DNA of 64,000 nt from Eledone cirrhosa (GCA_964016885.1 OZ024759.1:12400001-12464000), one strand, 5' to 3'. Counted from the first letter of the stretch, positions 1-14,589 are shown. The notes: generated by a model from the sequence alone, not told the origin. Translations and numbers: made by a program.

Positions 1-1040
1 ACCCTTATTTTAACTCTCCAGCCCTACATGTAATGTGACCCCTATGTTAACTCTCCAGCCCTACATATAATGTAACCCTTATTTTAACTCTCCATCCCTA
101 CATGTAATGTTACTCCTATTTTAACTCTCCAGCCCTACATGTAATGTGACCCCTATGTTAACTCTCCAGCCCTACATGTAGTGTCACCCCTATGTTTATG
201 TTTACTGTGTTATATATAATGTAATGTGACCCCTATATATACCTCTGTCCAGCCTCACATATAATGTGACCCCTATATATACCTCTGTCCAGCCTCACAT
301 ATAATGTGACCCCTATATATACCTCTGTCCAGCCTCGCATATAATGTGACCCCTATATATACCTCTGTCCAGCCTCACATATGTGACCCCTATATATACC
401 TCTGTCCAGCCTCACATATAATGTGACCCCTATATATACCTCTATCCAGCCTCACATATAATGTAACCCCTATATATACCTCTGTCCAGCCTCACATATA
501 ATGTAAACCCTATATATATACCTCTGTCCAGCCCCACATATAATGTGACCCCTATATATACCTCTATCCAGCCTCACATATAATGTAACCCCTATATATA
601 CCTCTGTCCAGCCTCACATATAATGTAAACCCTATATATATACCTCTGTCCAGCCCCACATATAATGTGACCCCTATATATACCTCTGTCCAGCCCCACA
701 TAAAATGTAAACCCTATATATATACCTCTGTCCAGCCCCACATATAATGTGACCCCTATATATACTTCTATCCAGCCTCACATATAATGTGACCCCTATA
801 TATACCTCTGTCCAGCCCCACATATAATGTGACCCCTATATATACTTCTATCCAGCCTCACATATAATGTGACCCCTATATATAACCCTGTCCAGCCCCA
901 CATATAATGTAAACCCTATATATACCTCTATCCAGCCTCACATATAATGTGACCCCTATATATAACCCTGTCCAGCCCCACATATAATGTAACCCCTATA
1001 TATACCTCTGTCCAGCCCCACATATAATGTAAACCCTATA
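1..1040. repeat. minisatellite, 37-bp then 40-bp related units
   Basis: tgtgacccctatatatacctctgtccagcctcacatataa repeated. Confidence 0.9.
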
Positions 1041-1351
1041 CTTACAAAGTTAACTGTATTCTACATACATGTATGTGTGGTTAATAAAGAAAGACTTATT
1101 AAGAGAGCACTCGCAAGTAACGTGTCCCAGCTCAGGAATATACACACTAACGTGTGTATATATACACCAGCATGTCTATATATATACACCAGTATGTATA
1201 TAATATACCAACTAACATAAAAAAGACCATATACAGTAATGGTATTATGTTACAAAAGTTATTGAAACCAGCCAACTTATTAAATAGACTAATAAATCAT
1301 TGTACTTAATTAATTAATTAAACTGAACTAAGGATAGGTTCGTTAAAGTAG

Positions 1352-1985
1352 AGTGGTGGTGGTGGTGGTGGTGTGGTGGTGATGGTAGCGGTATGATGGT
1401 GGTGGTGGTGGTGGTGGTATGGTGGTGATGGTAGTGGTATGATGGTGGTGGTGGTGTGGTGGTGATGGTAGCGGTGGTATGATGGTGGTGATGGTAGTGG
1501 TGGTGGTGGTGGTGACGGTGGTGGTGATGGTGGTGGTAGTGGTGTGATGGTGACGGTGGTGGTGGTATGGTGGTGGTGGTGGTAGTGGTATGATGGTGGT
1601 GGTGGTGGTATGATGGTGGTGGTGGTGGTGGTGGTATGGTGACGGTGGTGGTGGTATGGTGATGGTAGTGGTGTGATGGTGACGGTGGTGGTGGTGGTAG
1701 TGGTATGATGGTGGTGGTATGATGGTGGTGGTGGTGGTGGTGGTGGTATGGTGACGGTGGTGGTGGTATGGTGATGGTAGTGGTATGATGGTGGTGGTGG
1801 TATGGTGATGGTAGTGGTATGATGGTGGTGGTGGTGGTATGGTGACGGTGGTGGTGGTGGTATGGTGACGGTGGTGGTGGTATAGTGGTGATGGTAGTGA
1901 TGGTGGTATGGTGACGATGGTGGTAGTGATGGTATGGTGATGGTGGTGGTAGTGATGGTATGGTGATGGTGGTGATTGTGGTGGG
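1352..1985. repeat. degenerate (GGT)n microsatellite
   Basis: Seen directly. Confidence 0.95.
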
Positions 1986-2099
1986 TTTTATAAGTCTTGC
2001 TTCCATTGTAATATAAGTATATATACACACGTGTGTGTATCTTTGTATGTTTTACATCTATCTCTCACTAAAACACAGTAAACTAAATGTATGCACTCT

Positions 2100-5000
2100 G
2101 ACATGTATATGTGTGTGTAGGTATATGTGTGCCTATGTATGTATGTATGTATGTATATGTGTGTGTATGTATATGTGTGCCTATGTATGTATGTATGTAT
2201 ATGTGTGTGTAGGTATATGTGTGCCTATGTATGTATGTATGTATATGTGTGTGTATGTATATGTGTGCCTATGTATGTATGTATATGTGTGTGTAGGTAT
2301 ATGTGTGCCTATGTATGTATGTATGTATGTATGTGTGTGTATGTATATGTGTGCCTATGTATGTATGTATATGTGTGTGTAGGTATATGTGTGCCTATGT
2401 ATGTATGTATGTATATGTGTGTGTATGTATATGTGTGCCTATGTATGTATGTATATGTGTGTGTAGGTATATGTGTGCCTATGTATGTATGTATGTATAT
2501 GTATGTGTAGGTATATGTGTGCCTATGTATGTATGTATATGTGTGTGTAGGTATATGTGTGCCTATGTATGTATGTATATGTGTGTGTATGTATATGTGT
2601 GCCTATGTATGTATGTATGTATATGTGTGTGTAGGTATATGTGTGCCTATGTATGTATGTATGTATATGTGTGTGTAGGTATATGTGTGCCTATGTATGT
2701 ATGTATATGTGTGTGTAGGTATATGTGTGCCTATGTATGTATGTATGTATGTATATGTGTGTGTAGGTATATGTGTGCCTATGTATGTATGTATGTATAT
2801 GTGTGTGTATGTATATGTGTGCCTATGTATGTATGTATGTATATGTGTGTGTATGTATATGTGTGCCTATATATGTATGTATATGTGTGCCTATGTATGT
2901 ATGTATATGTGTGTGTAGGTATATGTGTGCCTATGTATGTATGTATGTATGTATATGTGTGCCTATGTATGTATGTATATGTGTGTGTAGGTATATGTGT
3001 GCCTATGTATGTATGTATGTATATGTGTGTGTAGGTATATGTGTGCCTATGTATGTATGTATGTATGTATATGTGTGTGTAGGTATATGTGTGCCTATGT
3101 ATGTATGTATGTATATGTGTGTGTATGTATATGTGTGCCTATGTATGTATGTATATGTGTGTGTAGGTATATGTGTGCCTATGTATGTATGTATGTATGT
3201 ATATGTGTGTGTAGGTATATGTGTGCCTATGTATGTATGTATGTATGTATATGTGTGTGTATGTATATGTGTGCCTATGTATGTATGTATGTATATGTGT
3301 GTGTAGGTATATGTGTGCCTATGTATGTATGTATGTATATGTGTGTGTAGGTATATGTGTGCCTATGTATGTATGTATATGTGTGTGTATGTATATGTGT
3401 GCCTATGTATGTATGTATGTATATGTGTGTGTATGTATATGTGTGCCTATGTATGTATGTATGTATATGTGTGTGTATGTATATGTGTGCCTATGTATGT
3501 ATGTATATGTGTGTGTAGGTATATGTGTGCCTATGTATGTATGTATGTATGTATATGTGTGTGTAGGTATATGTGTGCCTATGTATGTATGTATGTATAT
3601 GTGTGTGTATGTATATGTGTGCCTATGTATGTATGTATGTATATGTGTGTGTATGTATATGTGTGCCTATATATGTATGTATATGTGTGCCTATGTATGT
3701 ATGTATATGTGTGTGTAGGTATATGTGTGCCTATGTATGTATGTATGTATGTATATGTGTGCCTATGTATGTATGTATATGTGTGTGTAGGTATATGTGT
3801 GCCTATGTATGTATGTATGTATATGTGTGTGTAGGTATATGTGTGCCTATGTATGTATGTATGTATGTATATGTGTGTGTAGGTATATGTGTGCCTATGT
3901 ATGTATGTATGTATATGTGTGTGTATGTATATGTGTGCCTATGTATGTATGTATATGTGTGTGTAGGTATATGTGTGCCTATGTATGTATATGTGTGTGT
4001 ATGTATATGTGTGCCTATGTATGTATGTATATGTGTGTGTAGGTATATGTGTGCCTATGTATGTATGTATGTATATGTGTGTGTATGTATATGTGTGCCT
4101 ATGTATGTATGTATGTATGTATGTATATGTGTGTGTATGTATATGTGTGCCTATGTATGTATGTATGTATGTATATGTGTGTGTAGGTATGTATGTATGT
4201 ATATGTGTGTGTATGTATATGTGTGCCTATGTATGTATGTATGTATGTATATGTGTGTGTAGGTATATGTGTGGCTATGTATGTATGTATATGTGTGCCT
4301 ATGTATGTATATGTGTGTGGCTATGTATGTATGTATATGTGTGCCTATGTATGTATGTATATGTGTGCCTATGTATGTATATGTGTGTGGCTATGTATCT
4401 ATGTATATGTGTGGCTATGTATGTATATATATGTGTGCCTATGTATGTATGTATATGTGTGCCTATGTATGTATATGTGTGCCTATGTATGTATGTATAT
4501 GTGTGCCTATGTATGTATATGTGTGCCTATGTATGTATGTATATGTGTGCCTATGTATGTATATGTGTGCCTATGTATGTATGTATATGTGTGTGCCTAT
4601 ATATGTATGTATATGTGTGTGGCTATATATGTATGTATATATGTGTGCCTATGTATGTATGTATATGTGTGCCTATGTATGTATGTATATGTGTGCCTAT
4701 GTATGTATGTATATGTGTGCCTATGTATGTATGTATATGTGTGCCTATGTATGTATGTATATGTGTGCCTATGTATGTATGTATATGTGTGCCTATATAT
4801 GTATGTATATGTGTGGCTATGTATGTATGTATATGTGTGTGCCTATATATGTATGTATATGTGTGGCTATGTATGTATGTATATGTGTGCCTATGTATGT
4901 ATGTATATGTGTGCCTATGTATGTATGTATATGTGTGCCTATGTATGTATGTATATGTGTGGCTATGTATGTATGTATATGTGTGCCTATGTATGTATAT

Positions 5001-7520
5001 GTGTGTGCCTATGTATGTATGTATATGTGTGGCTATGTATGTATGTATATGTGTGCCTATGTATGTATGTATATGTGTGCCTATGTATGTATGTATATGT
5101 GTGCCTATGTATGTATATGTGTGCCTATATATGTATGTATATGTGTGCCTATGTATGTATATGTGTGGCTATGTATGTATGTATATGTGTGCCTATGTAT
5201 GTATGTATATGTGTGCCTATGTATGTATATGTGTGCCTATGTATGTATATGTGTGCCTATGTATGTATGTATATGTGTGCCTATGTATGTATGTATATGT
5301 GTGCCTATGTATGTATGTGTGTGCCTATGTATGTATGTATATGTGTGCCTATGTATGTATGTATATGTGTGGCTATGTATGTATATGTGTGCCTATGTAT
5401 GTATGTATATGTGTGGCTATGTATGTATGTATATGTGTGCCTATGTATGTATATGTGGCTATGTATGTATGTATATGTGTGGCTATGTATGTATGTATAT
5501 GTGTGGCTATGTATGTATGTATATGTGTGCCTATGTATGTATGTATATGTGTGCCTATGTATGTATGTATATGTGTGCCTATGTATGTATGTATATGTGT
5601 GGCTATGTATGTATGTATATGTGTGCCTATGTATGTATGTATATGTGTGCCTATGTATGTATGTATATGTGTGCCTATGTATGTATATGTGTGCCTATGT
5701 ATGTATGTATATGTGTGCCTATGTATGTATGTATATGTGTGCCTATGTATGTATGTGTGTGCCTATGTATGTATGTATATGTGTGGCTATGTATGTATGT
5801 ATATGTGTGCCTATGTATGTATATGTGTGCCTATGTATGTATGTATATGTGTGCCTATGTATGTATGTATATGTGTGGCTATGTATGTATGTATATGTGT
5901 GCCTATGTATGTATATGTGTGCCTATGTATGTATGTGTGTGCCTATGTATGTATGTATATGTGTGCCTATATATGTATGTATATGTGTGCCTATGTATCT
6001 ATGTATATGTGTGTGCCTATATATGTATGTATATGTGTGCCTATGTATGTATGTATATGTGTGGCTATGTATGTATATGTGTGCCTATGTATGTATATGT
6101 GTGCCTATGTATGTATATGTGTGCCTATGTATGTATGTATATGTGTGCCTATGTATGTATATGTGTGCCTATGTATGTATGTATATGTGTGCCTATATAT
6201 GTATGTATATGTGTGGCTATGTATGTATGTATATGTGTGCCTATGTATGTATGTATATGTGTGCCTATGTATGTATATGTGTGCCTATGTATGTATGTAT
6301 ATGTGTGCCTATGTATGTATATGTGTGCCTATGTATGTATGTATATGTGTGCCTATGTATGTATGTATATGTGTGCCTATGTATGTATGTATATGTGTGC
6401 CTATGTATGTATGTATATGTGTGCCTATATATGTATGTATATGTGGCTATGTATGTATGTATATGTGTGCCTATGTATGTATGTATATGTGTGCCTATGT
6501 ATGTATGTATATGTGTGTGCCTATGTATGTATGTATATGTGTGCCTATGTATGTATGTATATGTGTGCCTATGTATGTATGTATATGTGTGTGCCTATAT
6601 ATGTATGTATATGTGTGCCTATGTATGTATGTATATGTGTGCCTATGTATGTATGTATATATGTGTGCCTATGTATGTATGTATATGTGTGCCTATGTAT
6701 GTATGTATATGTGTGCCTATGTATGTATGTATATGTGTGGCTATGTATGTATGTATATGTGTGTATGTATATGTGTGCCTATGTATCTATGTATATGTGT
6801 GTGCCTATATATGTATGTATATGTCTGCGTATGTATGTATATGTGTGCCTATGTATGTATGTATATATGTGTGCCTATATATGTATGTATATGTGTGCCT
6901 ATGTATGTATGTATATGTGTGGCTATGTATGTATGTATATGTGTGCCTATGTATATGTGTGGCTATGTATGTATATGTGTGCCTCTGTATGTATATGTGT
7001 GGCTATGTATGTATGTATATGTGTGCCTATGTATATATGTATATGTGTGCCTATATATGTATGTATATGTGTGGCTATATATGTATGTATGTATATGTGT
7101 GCCTATGTATGTATATGTGTGTGCCTATATATGTATGTATATGTGTGGCTATGTATGTATGTATATGTGTGCCTATATATGTATGTATATGTGTGCCTAT
7201 ATACGTATGTATATGTGTGCCTATGTATGTATGTATATGTGTGCCTATGTATATATGTATATGTGTGCCTATATATGTATGTATATGTGTGGCTATGTAT
7301 GTATGTATATGTGTGCCTATGTATGTATGTATATGTGTGCCTATATATGTATGTATATGTGTGCCTATATACGTATGTATATGTGTGCCTATGTATGTAT
7401 GTATATGTGTGCCTATGTATGTATATGTGTGGCTATGTATGTATGTATATGTGTGCCTATATATGTATGTATATGTGTGGCTATGTATGTATGTATATGT
7501 GTGCCTATGTATATATGTAT
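2100..7520. repeat. 5.4-kb compound minisatellite (gtgtgcctatgtatgtatgtatat variants)
   Basis: Seen directly; source of the spurious MYVC-type ORFs. Confidence 0.95.
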
Positions 7521-7588
7521 CATCATCAACATCATCATTTTACGGCTGCTTTTCCTTGCTTGCAAGATATATATATATATATATATAC

Positions 7589-7620
<32 letters not shown>

Positions 7621-7694
7621 ATGAAAAGTATAGAAATGATTGTAGCAAGAAGCCAACAGTATTCCATAATATATAAGTGACTATAGCGTCAATA

Positions 7695-7742
<48 letters not shown>

Positions 7743-7752
7743 TATATATATG

Positions 7753-7800
<48 letters not shown>

Positions 7801-7829
7801 TATATATATATATAGAGCATATATATATG

Positions 7830-7897
<68 letters not shown>

Positions 7898-7924
7898 CAT
7901 AGATATATATATAGCATATATATA

Positions 7925-7998
<74 letters not shown>

Positions 7999-8010
7999 CA
8001 TATATATATA

Positions 8011-8107
<97 letters not shown>
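7695..8107. repeat. (TA)n with GC interruptions
   Basis: Seen directly. Confidence 0.95.
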
Positions 8108-8109
<2 letters not shown>

Positions 8110-8318
8110 CGTTTCTGAATTTGTTTAGCAAGATTCTTTATCTGAAACCGATATTGTTATACTTTGGGAGGGTCATGTTGCCAATAAGAAACACACGCAC
8201 CATTTGCTTTCACTTCAATTTATTATAATACATTTATAAATTTATTATAATAAATTGAAGTGAAAGCAAATGGTGCGTGTGTTTCTTATTGGCAACATGA
8301 CCCTCCCAAAGTATAACA

Positions 8319-8322
<4 letters not shown>
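8105..8322. mobile_element. family B fold-back element, 80-bp inverted arms (8151-8230 / 8243-8322)
   Basis: Same arms as 44601-44913; truncated copy at about 26790-26864; inserted in (TA)n. Confidence 0.7.
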
Positions 8323-8359
<37 letters not shown>

Positions 8360-8701
8360 TAGAGATAGAGAAAGAGAATAAGAAATATATATATCAAGTA
8401 TGAAATTTGTAGAAATTTGCTGACGATAGCTAATAAGCTTGAAACTAGTACAGCGTTCCTTTGTCAGCGTTGAACAAACGAGCAACGATGGTTGCTGGAC
8501 ACTACGGCTTAATACGGGATGTTTGTTTACAAACACACCGAGCATTATAATAAATGTTCGGTGAATCCATACGTACATATATATATATATATACATGTGT
8601 GCGTGTATGTATATATATATATACATACTACTGTACGTCTGTATACATATAAGTATGTTCGTGTACATACTTATATATATATATGTATGTACGTGTACAT
8701 A

Positions 8702-8739
<38 letters not shown>

Positions 8740-8939
8740 CGTGTATATTTTTTTATTTGTTTGACCCGAATTACTTGGTCGTTTTTTTGGTTGTGCAGAT
8801 GATCGTTTAACTATCGTGTTTGACCTTTAACGTATGTTGTAACTCTGGTTCATCTAAATCATTGAGCACTTGCCACACATCTCGGAGGTTGTTTTTCGTT
8901 ATTTCATAGGCCGAAATACGATTCTCGATAATTTATATT

Positions 8940-9001
<62 letters not shown>

Positions 9002-9361
9002 TCGGTTTAGTACCACTCCCAGACCTTCCAGTCAGTCTGAAATCTTTATTCTTGCAGTATCATATTCTCTTCTATTTTTTATTCTCACTGGTACTTACTA
9101 TCGTTAACTTTCATGCTTCTCTCGCTCGTCCTCACCCTCACCCCACCCCTCAACGTACACCACCCCTCACCCATCACCACCCTCTCTCTCTGTCCCCTTC
9201 TGAGTCTGTCTCCTCCTACTCTCTCTCTCTCTCTCTCTCTCCAAATGCATCCTTTCACTCTTTTTATCATCTTTTACACACACACAGTTGTATATATATA
9301 TTTATACACACGCGCATATACGTACATGTATTTGCCCCCACACACACACAACACACACACA

Positions 9362-9401
<40 letters not shown>

Positions 9402-9702
9402 TTCTTTATTAGCCACAGGGGCACAAAAGAAGGGGACAAATACAAAGGGGGAAGTTTACATACAATAAAAACGTGTAAAATGTTATCACAGATGGAATTT
9501 AAAAGTTAGTCGATTTTCCCCAATAGAGGGAGACAGTTTATATGGGTAACACATACCCCCGAAAAAATGTGCAACCCTCATCTCCAGGAGTACGAAGAGC
9601 TTGTACTCCTTTCCTCTCCTCCTCCTTTTCCTCAATCTACAGGCTGATATAGAGAGAAGGCCCATTCACTCGGGCCATTCTCGCCACTTTCACCCACCTT
9701 TC
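9402..9702 (-). mobile_element. 3' end of a LINE (Tx1/L1-like)
   Basis: Minus strand ends ERWVKVARMARVNGPSLYISL*, then a 3' UTR ending AATAAAGAAA before (TA)n. Clade assignment is tentative. Confidence 0.4.
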
Positions 9703-9705
9703 ATA

Positions 9706-9841
9706 CTGTCTTCAAGAAACCACTGGTAAATGAAATAATTATCTTATGTTGTTTATTACATAACTATATATATATATATATAGTTATGTAATAAACAACA
9801 TAAGATAATTATTTCATTTACCAGTGGTTTCTTGAAGACAG
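9706..9841. repeat. palindrome of family A 3' halves joined tail-to-tail through (TA)n
   Basis: ctgtcttcaagaaaccactggtaaatgaaat...acataac(ta)n gttatgt...ttcttgaagacag. Confidence 0.8.
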
Positions 9842-9844
9842 ATA

Positions 9845-10444
9845 TTCAGTGGTGCCTGGCTCCATGCCCTGCCCTCCTTTCCCACTGGCACGCAGCTAGA
9901 CAACCATAGCCTGCGCATCGGCGTTTCCCTGAGGCTCGGCCTCCGGATCTGCCAGCCACACCAATGTCGCTGCGGTTCCACCGTGGACTCTTTCGTGCTC
10001 CACCCGCTTTCCTGTCGCCACAGTGCCGGCCGCATTCCACGCCATTTTGCCCTCAACGAGGTCATTAAGCATGGCTTGGACGCTGCAGGCTTCCCTTCCC
10101 AGCTCGAGCCGGTGGAGCTGGATCGAGCGGACGGCAAAAGGCCAGATGGCATGACCATTTTCCCGTTGCGTGGTGGCAAACCCCTCGTCTGGGATGCCAC
10201 TTGCATCGACACTTTCTGCAGCCGCAACCTGGTGCAGTCTGCGACTGACCCAAGTTATGCTGCACGTCGGACTGAGGAGGCCAAACTCCTCAAATACCGG
10301 TCGCTCTCTGACAGGTTTGCGGTCGTACCCCTGGCAGTGGAGACTTCTGGTGTCCTCGACCCCAGGGCTACTTCCTTACTCACCACCATAGGCGCTGAGC
10401 TGGCCAGCCGCAGGTGTGAGCCCCGCGAGTTGGAGTATATGTAG
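9845..10444 (+). pseudogene. non-LTR retrotransposon fragment: zinc-binding region plus restriction-like endonuclease (CRE-like)
   Basis: SGAWLHALP...RLGLRICQPHQCRCG...HPLSC...RH..LNEVI...EP..LDRADGKRPDGMTIFPLRGGKPLVWDATC. GC-rich relative to the flanks; truncated at both ends. Confidence 0.7.
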
Positions 10445-10489
10445 GGTGCATATTGGTATTATACGCAAATATATATATGTAAATTGAGA

Positions 10490-10765
10490 AGTAAATTGAC
10501 AATATCTTCTTCTTTGCCCACTTATTTCTGAGAGGGTCGTGGGGGCAGAGTCCTTCTCAAACACTCCTTCCAGCGAGTCTGTCAGTAGCAAACATCTCTA
10601 ACTGATCCGGCTGGATCCCAAAGTGTGACCAGCCAAGCTCATGGATGTTATCCAACTATCTTGCTTAGGGTCTGCCTCTGGGTCCCTTGCCGTTTGGTTT
10701 TGCCTGTAAAATGTGTCCAGCGATTCTTTACTGAGACATTCTAACCACATGCTCATAATATCGGA
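10490..10765 (-). mobile_element. RTE-like LINE 3' end fragment
   Basis: Reverse complement of 43070-43295; HVVRMSQ..I.G...TGRRP...RPKTR-type C-terminus. Confidence 0.5.
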
Positions 10766-11319
10766 GTTGTGATCTCTCAATTCGGAGAAGTAGCGGCTCT
10801 ACCAGGAGTGACTCTCTGGTCTCTGAGTTATGCACTTTATCGAGTAACGTTACTCCAGAGACTCTTCGGAGGAACCACTTTTATTTGCAATTGTATTCTT
10901 TTGGTCATTACTCAAGATTCATGATCCTCGATAAGAGTTGGCAGGAATACCAGGAAGACAGCGAGTTTGGCTTTTACACCTGAATGCTGAGGCTGGCACA
11001 TTAATGCATCAGCTTCTGCAATTCTTGCATTTAATTCACCCTCCTGCATTCCATCACTCATGAACACGGCTCAAGATACTTGAACTTCTCTAACTGCTTC
11101 AGTAGAACTCCATTCACATGTATATAAATTTGAGGGACTTCTGCCCACCCGTCCATCACACAATGTGTATGTGTGTTTGTGTGAATGTATGTGTGTGTAA
11201 AAGGAAGGAAAGGGATACACACATATATGTCTCTAACTTAAAAACAGTGACACACACACACGTCTCTAATTTAAGAACGCCGACAAAATCACGAGCGTGC
11301 ACATACACACACTGTCCTA

Positions 11320-11765
11320 TTACCATTTAAGAGCTTTGGCCCGGGAAAAGATCCCCTCAATTTTGGAACCGTCTAGGTTGTCCAGAATTGATGGGAAAAG
11401 ACTTGACGGTCTTACTCTGTGCTCCTGATCAAGAGGCAGGTGTCTTACCTGGGACGTCACAGTTGGTGATTCTTTTGCTTCTTCCCACATCCTGGATGCA
11501 GCGGTAAGGACGAGAGCTACAGCATCCGCAGCTGAACGGAACAAAATCCTAAAATACCATGTTCTGTCAGCTAACTAATTATCCAGCCTGTGGCGTTCGA
11601 GACGTTTGGGGGAGTCGGGCGACTGACAGCGAGGTTCTTATCTTCACTGGTTGCTCGCCAAACAAAAGTAACTGGTGATGCTCGTGAGGGCACTTGGTTG
11701 TTCAAGCACCTCAAGCCTCACCATCACCCCAGGTAACGCTGCGAGCATGCTAGTTTACCTAAAAA
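11320..11765 (+). pseudogene. second decayed CRE-like endonuclease fragment
   Basis: ttggaaccgtctaggttgtccagaattgatgggaaaagacttgacgg...tgggacgtcaca translates to LEPSRLSRIDGKRLDG...WDVT, with stops. Confidence 0.55.
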
Positions 11766-12079
11766 ATTATTAGAGAGGTTTCCCAGTGTTCCTCGCCATA
11801 TTGTTATCTTTTGCTCTGGTAGCGTCTCGTTTTTTCATTCTTTCGCCTGCATATTGTTCTATGGGGTCTAAGATGTGGGTATTACGTGCTTGTATATATT
11901 TTTCTGTTTCTTTTTTTCCTTTTCCTTTCCTTTGTATATATTATATTTGTTAGTGTTTTCGTTCTGTAATCATTATATTAAATTTTTATACAAATGAGTT
12001 TTTAAAAAAGAGTTTAACTGTTGTTAATAAATAAATAAAACGTTATACTTGTTTTACCCTCCCGTTTCTATCATGACTG

Positions 12080-12660
12080 TATGTGTGTGTTTGTGTAAAT
12101 GTATATGTGTGTTTGTGTAAATGTATGTGCGTGAATATGAATGTGTGTTTGTGTAAATGTATATGTGTGAATGTGTGTTTGTGTAAATGTATGTGCGTGA
12201 ATGTGTGTTTGTGTAAATATATGTGCGTGAATGTGTGTTTGTGTAAATGTATATGTGTGAATGTGTGTTTGTGTAAATGTATATGTGTGAATGTGTGTTA
12301 GTGTAAATGTATATGTGTGAATGTGTGTTTGTGTAAATGTATATGTGTGAATGTGTGTTTGTGTAAATGTATATGTGTGAATGTGTGTTTGTGTAAATGT
12401 ATATGTGTGAATGTGTGTTTGTGTAAATGTATATGTGTGAATGTGTGTTTGTGTAAATGTATATGTGTGAATGTGTGTTTGTGTAAATGTATATGTGTGA
12501 ATGTGTGTTTGTGCAAATGTATATGTGTGAATGTGTGTTTGTGTAAATGTATATGTGTGAATGTGTGTTTGTGTGAATGTGTGTTTGTGTAAATGTATAT
12601 GTGTGAATGTGTGTTTGTGTAAATGTATATGTGTGAAAATATGTGTATTTGTGTGAATGT
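12080..12660. repeat. 30-bp minisatellite
   Basis: gtgtaaatgtatatgtgtgaatgtgtgttt. Confidence 0.9.
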
Positions 12661-13204
12661 ATGTCCGTGAGCGTTTATTTTTATAAGTTTGTGTTTGCGC
12701 GATTATAATTACTAATATAGTTAATATATATATATTAAAATAACAGATCAAAGTTTAAGTAAAGAATCACTGCTTTCACCCTTAACGAGATCTTCTGAAA
12801 CTAAAAAACTCGATCCGTGAACGCAGAAGTAAATATTTCGAAAAACGTTACACACTATATGGTGGCTGCCAACTCGTTTTCGAGTAAAGCCACTACTTTA
12901 TATCCATGTAGGAGAACCCCTACCGATGCGCTGAACGAGTGACTTTTTAGTCCAGCCAGCGACTTGAAAACTCTGGTACAAACACTAAACTTGTGACAAT
13001 TATTGACACATAGTGCTGGGCCCATGGTACCATGTAACGACAAGTGCAGAGAGATCTCCAGATATAAAGCAATGCCTGTGCCGTGAAGCTTTTATGTATA
13101 CATATATATACACACATATACACACACACATAGATAGCGACGTCATAATGTCGTAATGCAGACAGCCAGACATACAGACAGATATTATAAGGGCGCAACG
13201 TTAT

Positions 13205-13420
13205 ATCTATGTATCTATCTAAAAAGAAAGACTAAGAATTATAGAGAGAGATCGCTAAATCGCCCAATGCGGTCCCTAGGGCATTGAAAATTTGAAATAT
13301 TTTTCGCTCAAAACACTCACAGGACCACATGTGTAAAGTTTGAAAACAATCGGTTGGGTGGTTCTCGAGTTTTAGGGAGTCAGACTGACAAACAGACATT
13401 CTCTGTTTTAGATATATAGA
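13205..13420 (+). mobile_element. DINE/HINE-like non-autonomous Helitron end
   Basis: gtaaagtttgaaaacaatcggttgggtggttctcgag...gacaaacagacatt...tatataga. A similar minus-strand piece lies at about 26165-26260. Confidence 0.4.
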
Positions 13421-13848
13421 TTGATCGGTGACGCACGTTTCGCTATTGATCAGCTCCAAGTTCAATCTGGCCCGACTCTGCAGTCAAAGGCTCGTCGGAC
13501 AGACTTAACATATAAATGTAATGACAGAATTAACATATAAATACCTGTAACATTTCACGTTCATATGGTGGTCAATTTATGTTGTTTTGATTGTTGGTTT
13601 TAGCTATGAGGAATGTTTTGGCATGTGTGTGAGGTGTGTGGGGGGGGACATAGTGACGAGGTGGTGGTGGGGAGTGATGATTGATGTGAGTTGCGAGGTG
13701 TAGTGTTTTGGCTTATCATAGCGATGGCGTGTGCGTGGTGAGGCGGAGGTGGTGTGTGTGGTGTGGATATAGAAGGACATGAAAGAATGCGGTGTTGTAC
13801 TAGGGGTAGAGGGGTTTCTGCTGGTCATCACGTTACACTCCTTGGATA
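13420..13848 (-). mobile_element. family C element copy
   Basis: Shares the gctattgatcagctc...gtaatgacagaa block and the acactccttggata end with 34662-35330. Confidence 0.5.
13427..13500 (-). ncRNA. hammerhead-like motif with long helix II insert (family C)
   Basis: Minus strand GT CCGACGA gc...(about 46 nt)...gc GAAA cgtgcg TC AC. A decayed homologue lies at about 35195-35279. Confidence 0.42.
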
Positions 13849-13865
13849 TATATATATATATATAT

Positions 13866-13970
13866 ACTAGCTGAGGTACCCGGCTTCGCCTGGGAGAACA
13901 GTTAAGAGAAGACGGATAAAAGAGAAAACGACTGTACTGGATGTGTTGTCTGGTATGAGGTGAGACCGTA

Positions 13971-14018
<48 letters not shown>

Positions 14019-14587
14019 AACAACCATAAAACTTCCTTATTAGGCTGGGGGAATAAACTGCTGATTAAATGGTAACATCGGCCTTGGATTTTAGTTGTGA
14101 AATAACCATAGTCAGTATGATCCTTTTCAACTCCAAAGGACGTTATCTGAAACACAGCATTACACCACATAACATTGCTTTTGAAGTATTTAGCTTCGTT
14201 AGTACGGACTGTAAGTAGTATTTGGATAAAGGCTGGAGGGTAGATTAATTTAAAATAGTATCAATTTTTCTTTGTTCTGTAACATCAAAGACTGTAAAAC
14301 GAATTTATAAAAGCTAACGCAATATTGTTAAACCTTCCTGTAGATCAAAGGCTCTATAGTTTAAGTTGTTTCTAGACTTTCGTCTGACCGTACTCTCTCT
14401 CTCTCTCTTTTCCCTCTCTCTCTGAATATCTAACACTTTAATTGTATCTCTCTCTGTATAACGGCCTATCTTTCTTTCTGTCTCTCCCTCTGTGCTCCCT
14501 CTCTTTAGATATGTGTGTATGTGTGTGAGTAGTTTTCGTGTGATTCAACCAGCCAAATAACATCTCTCTTTTATATATCTATATAGA
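13866..14587 (-). mobile_element. Helitron-related element carrying a RepHel N-terminal fragment (about 14035-14260)
   Basis: NAVFQITSFG...FTTKIQGRCYHLISSLFP resembles Helitron YNSAFQMTSFG...FKIQGQVYHRIGSLLP. Termini tactagctgaggtacccggcttcgcc and ...ttttatatatctatatagat are DINE/HINE-like. Confidence 0.6.
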
Positions 14588-14589
14588 TA

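Noticed and set aside
1314-2030. His/Pro/Thr-rich ORFs
   Set aside because: Translation of a degenerate (CCA)n microsatellite.
2035-7676. Very long ORFs (up to 1215 aa) rich in M/Y/V/C
   Set aside because: Translations of a stop-poor minisatellite, open in all three frames; no domain content.
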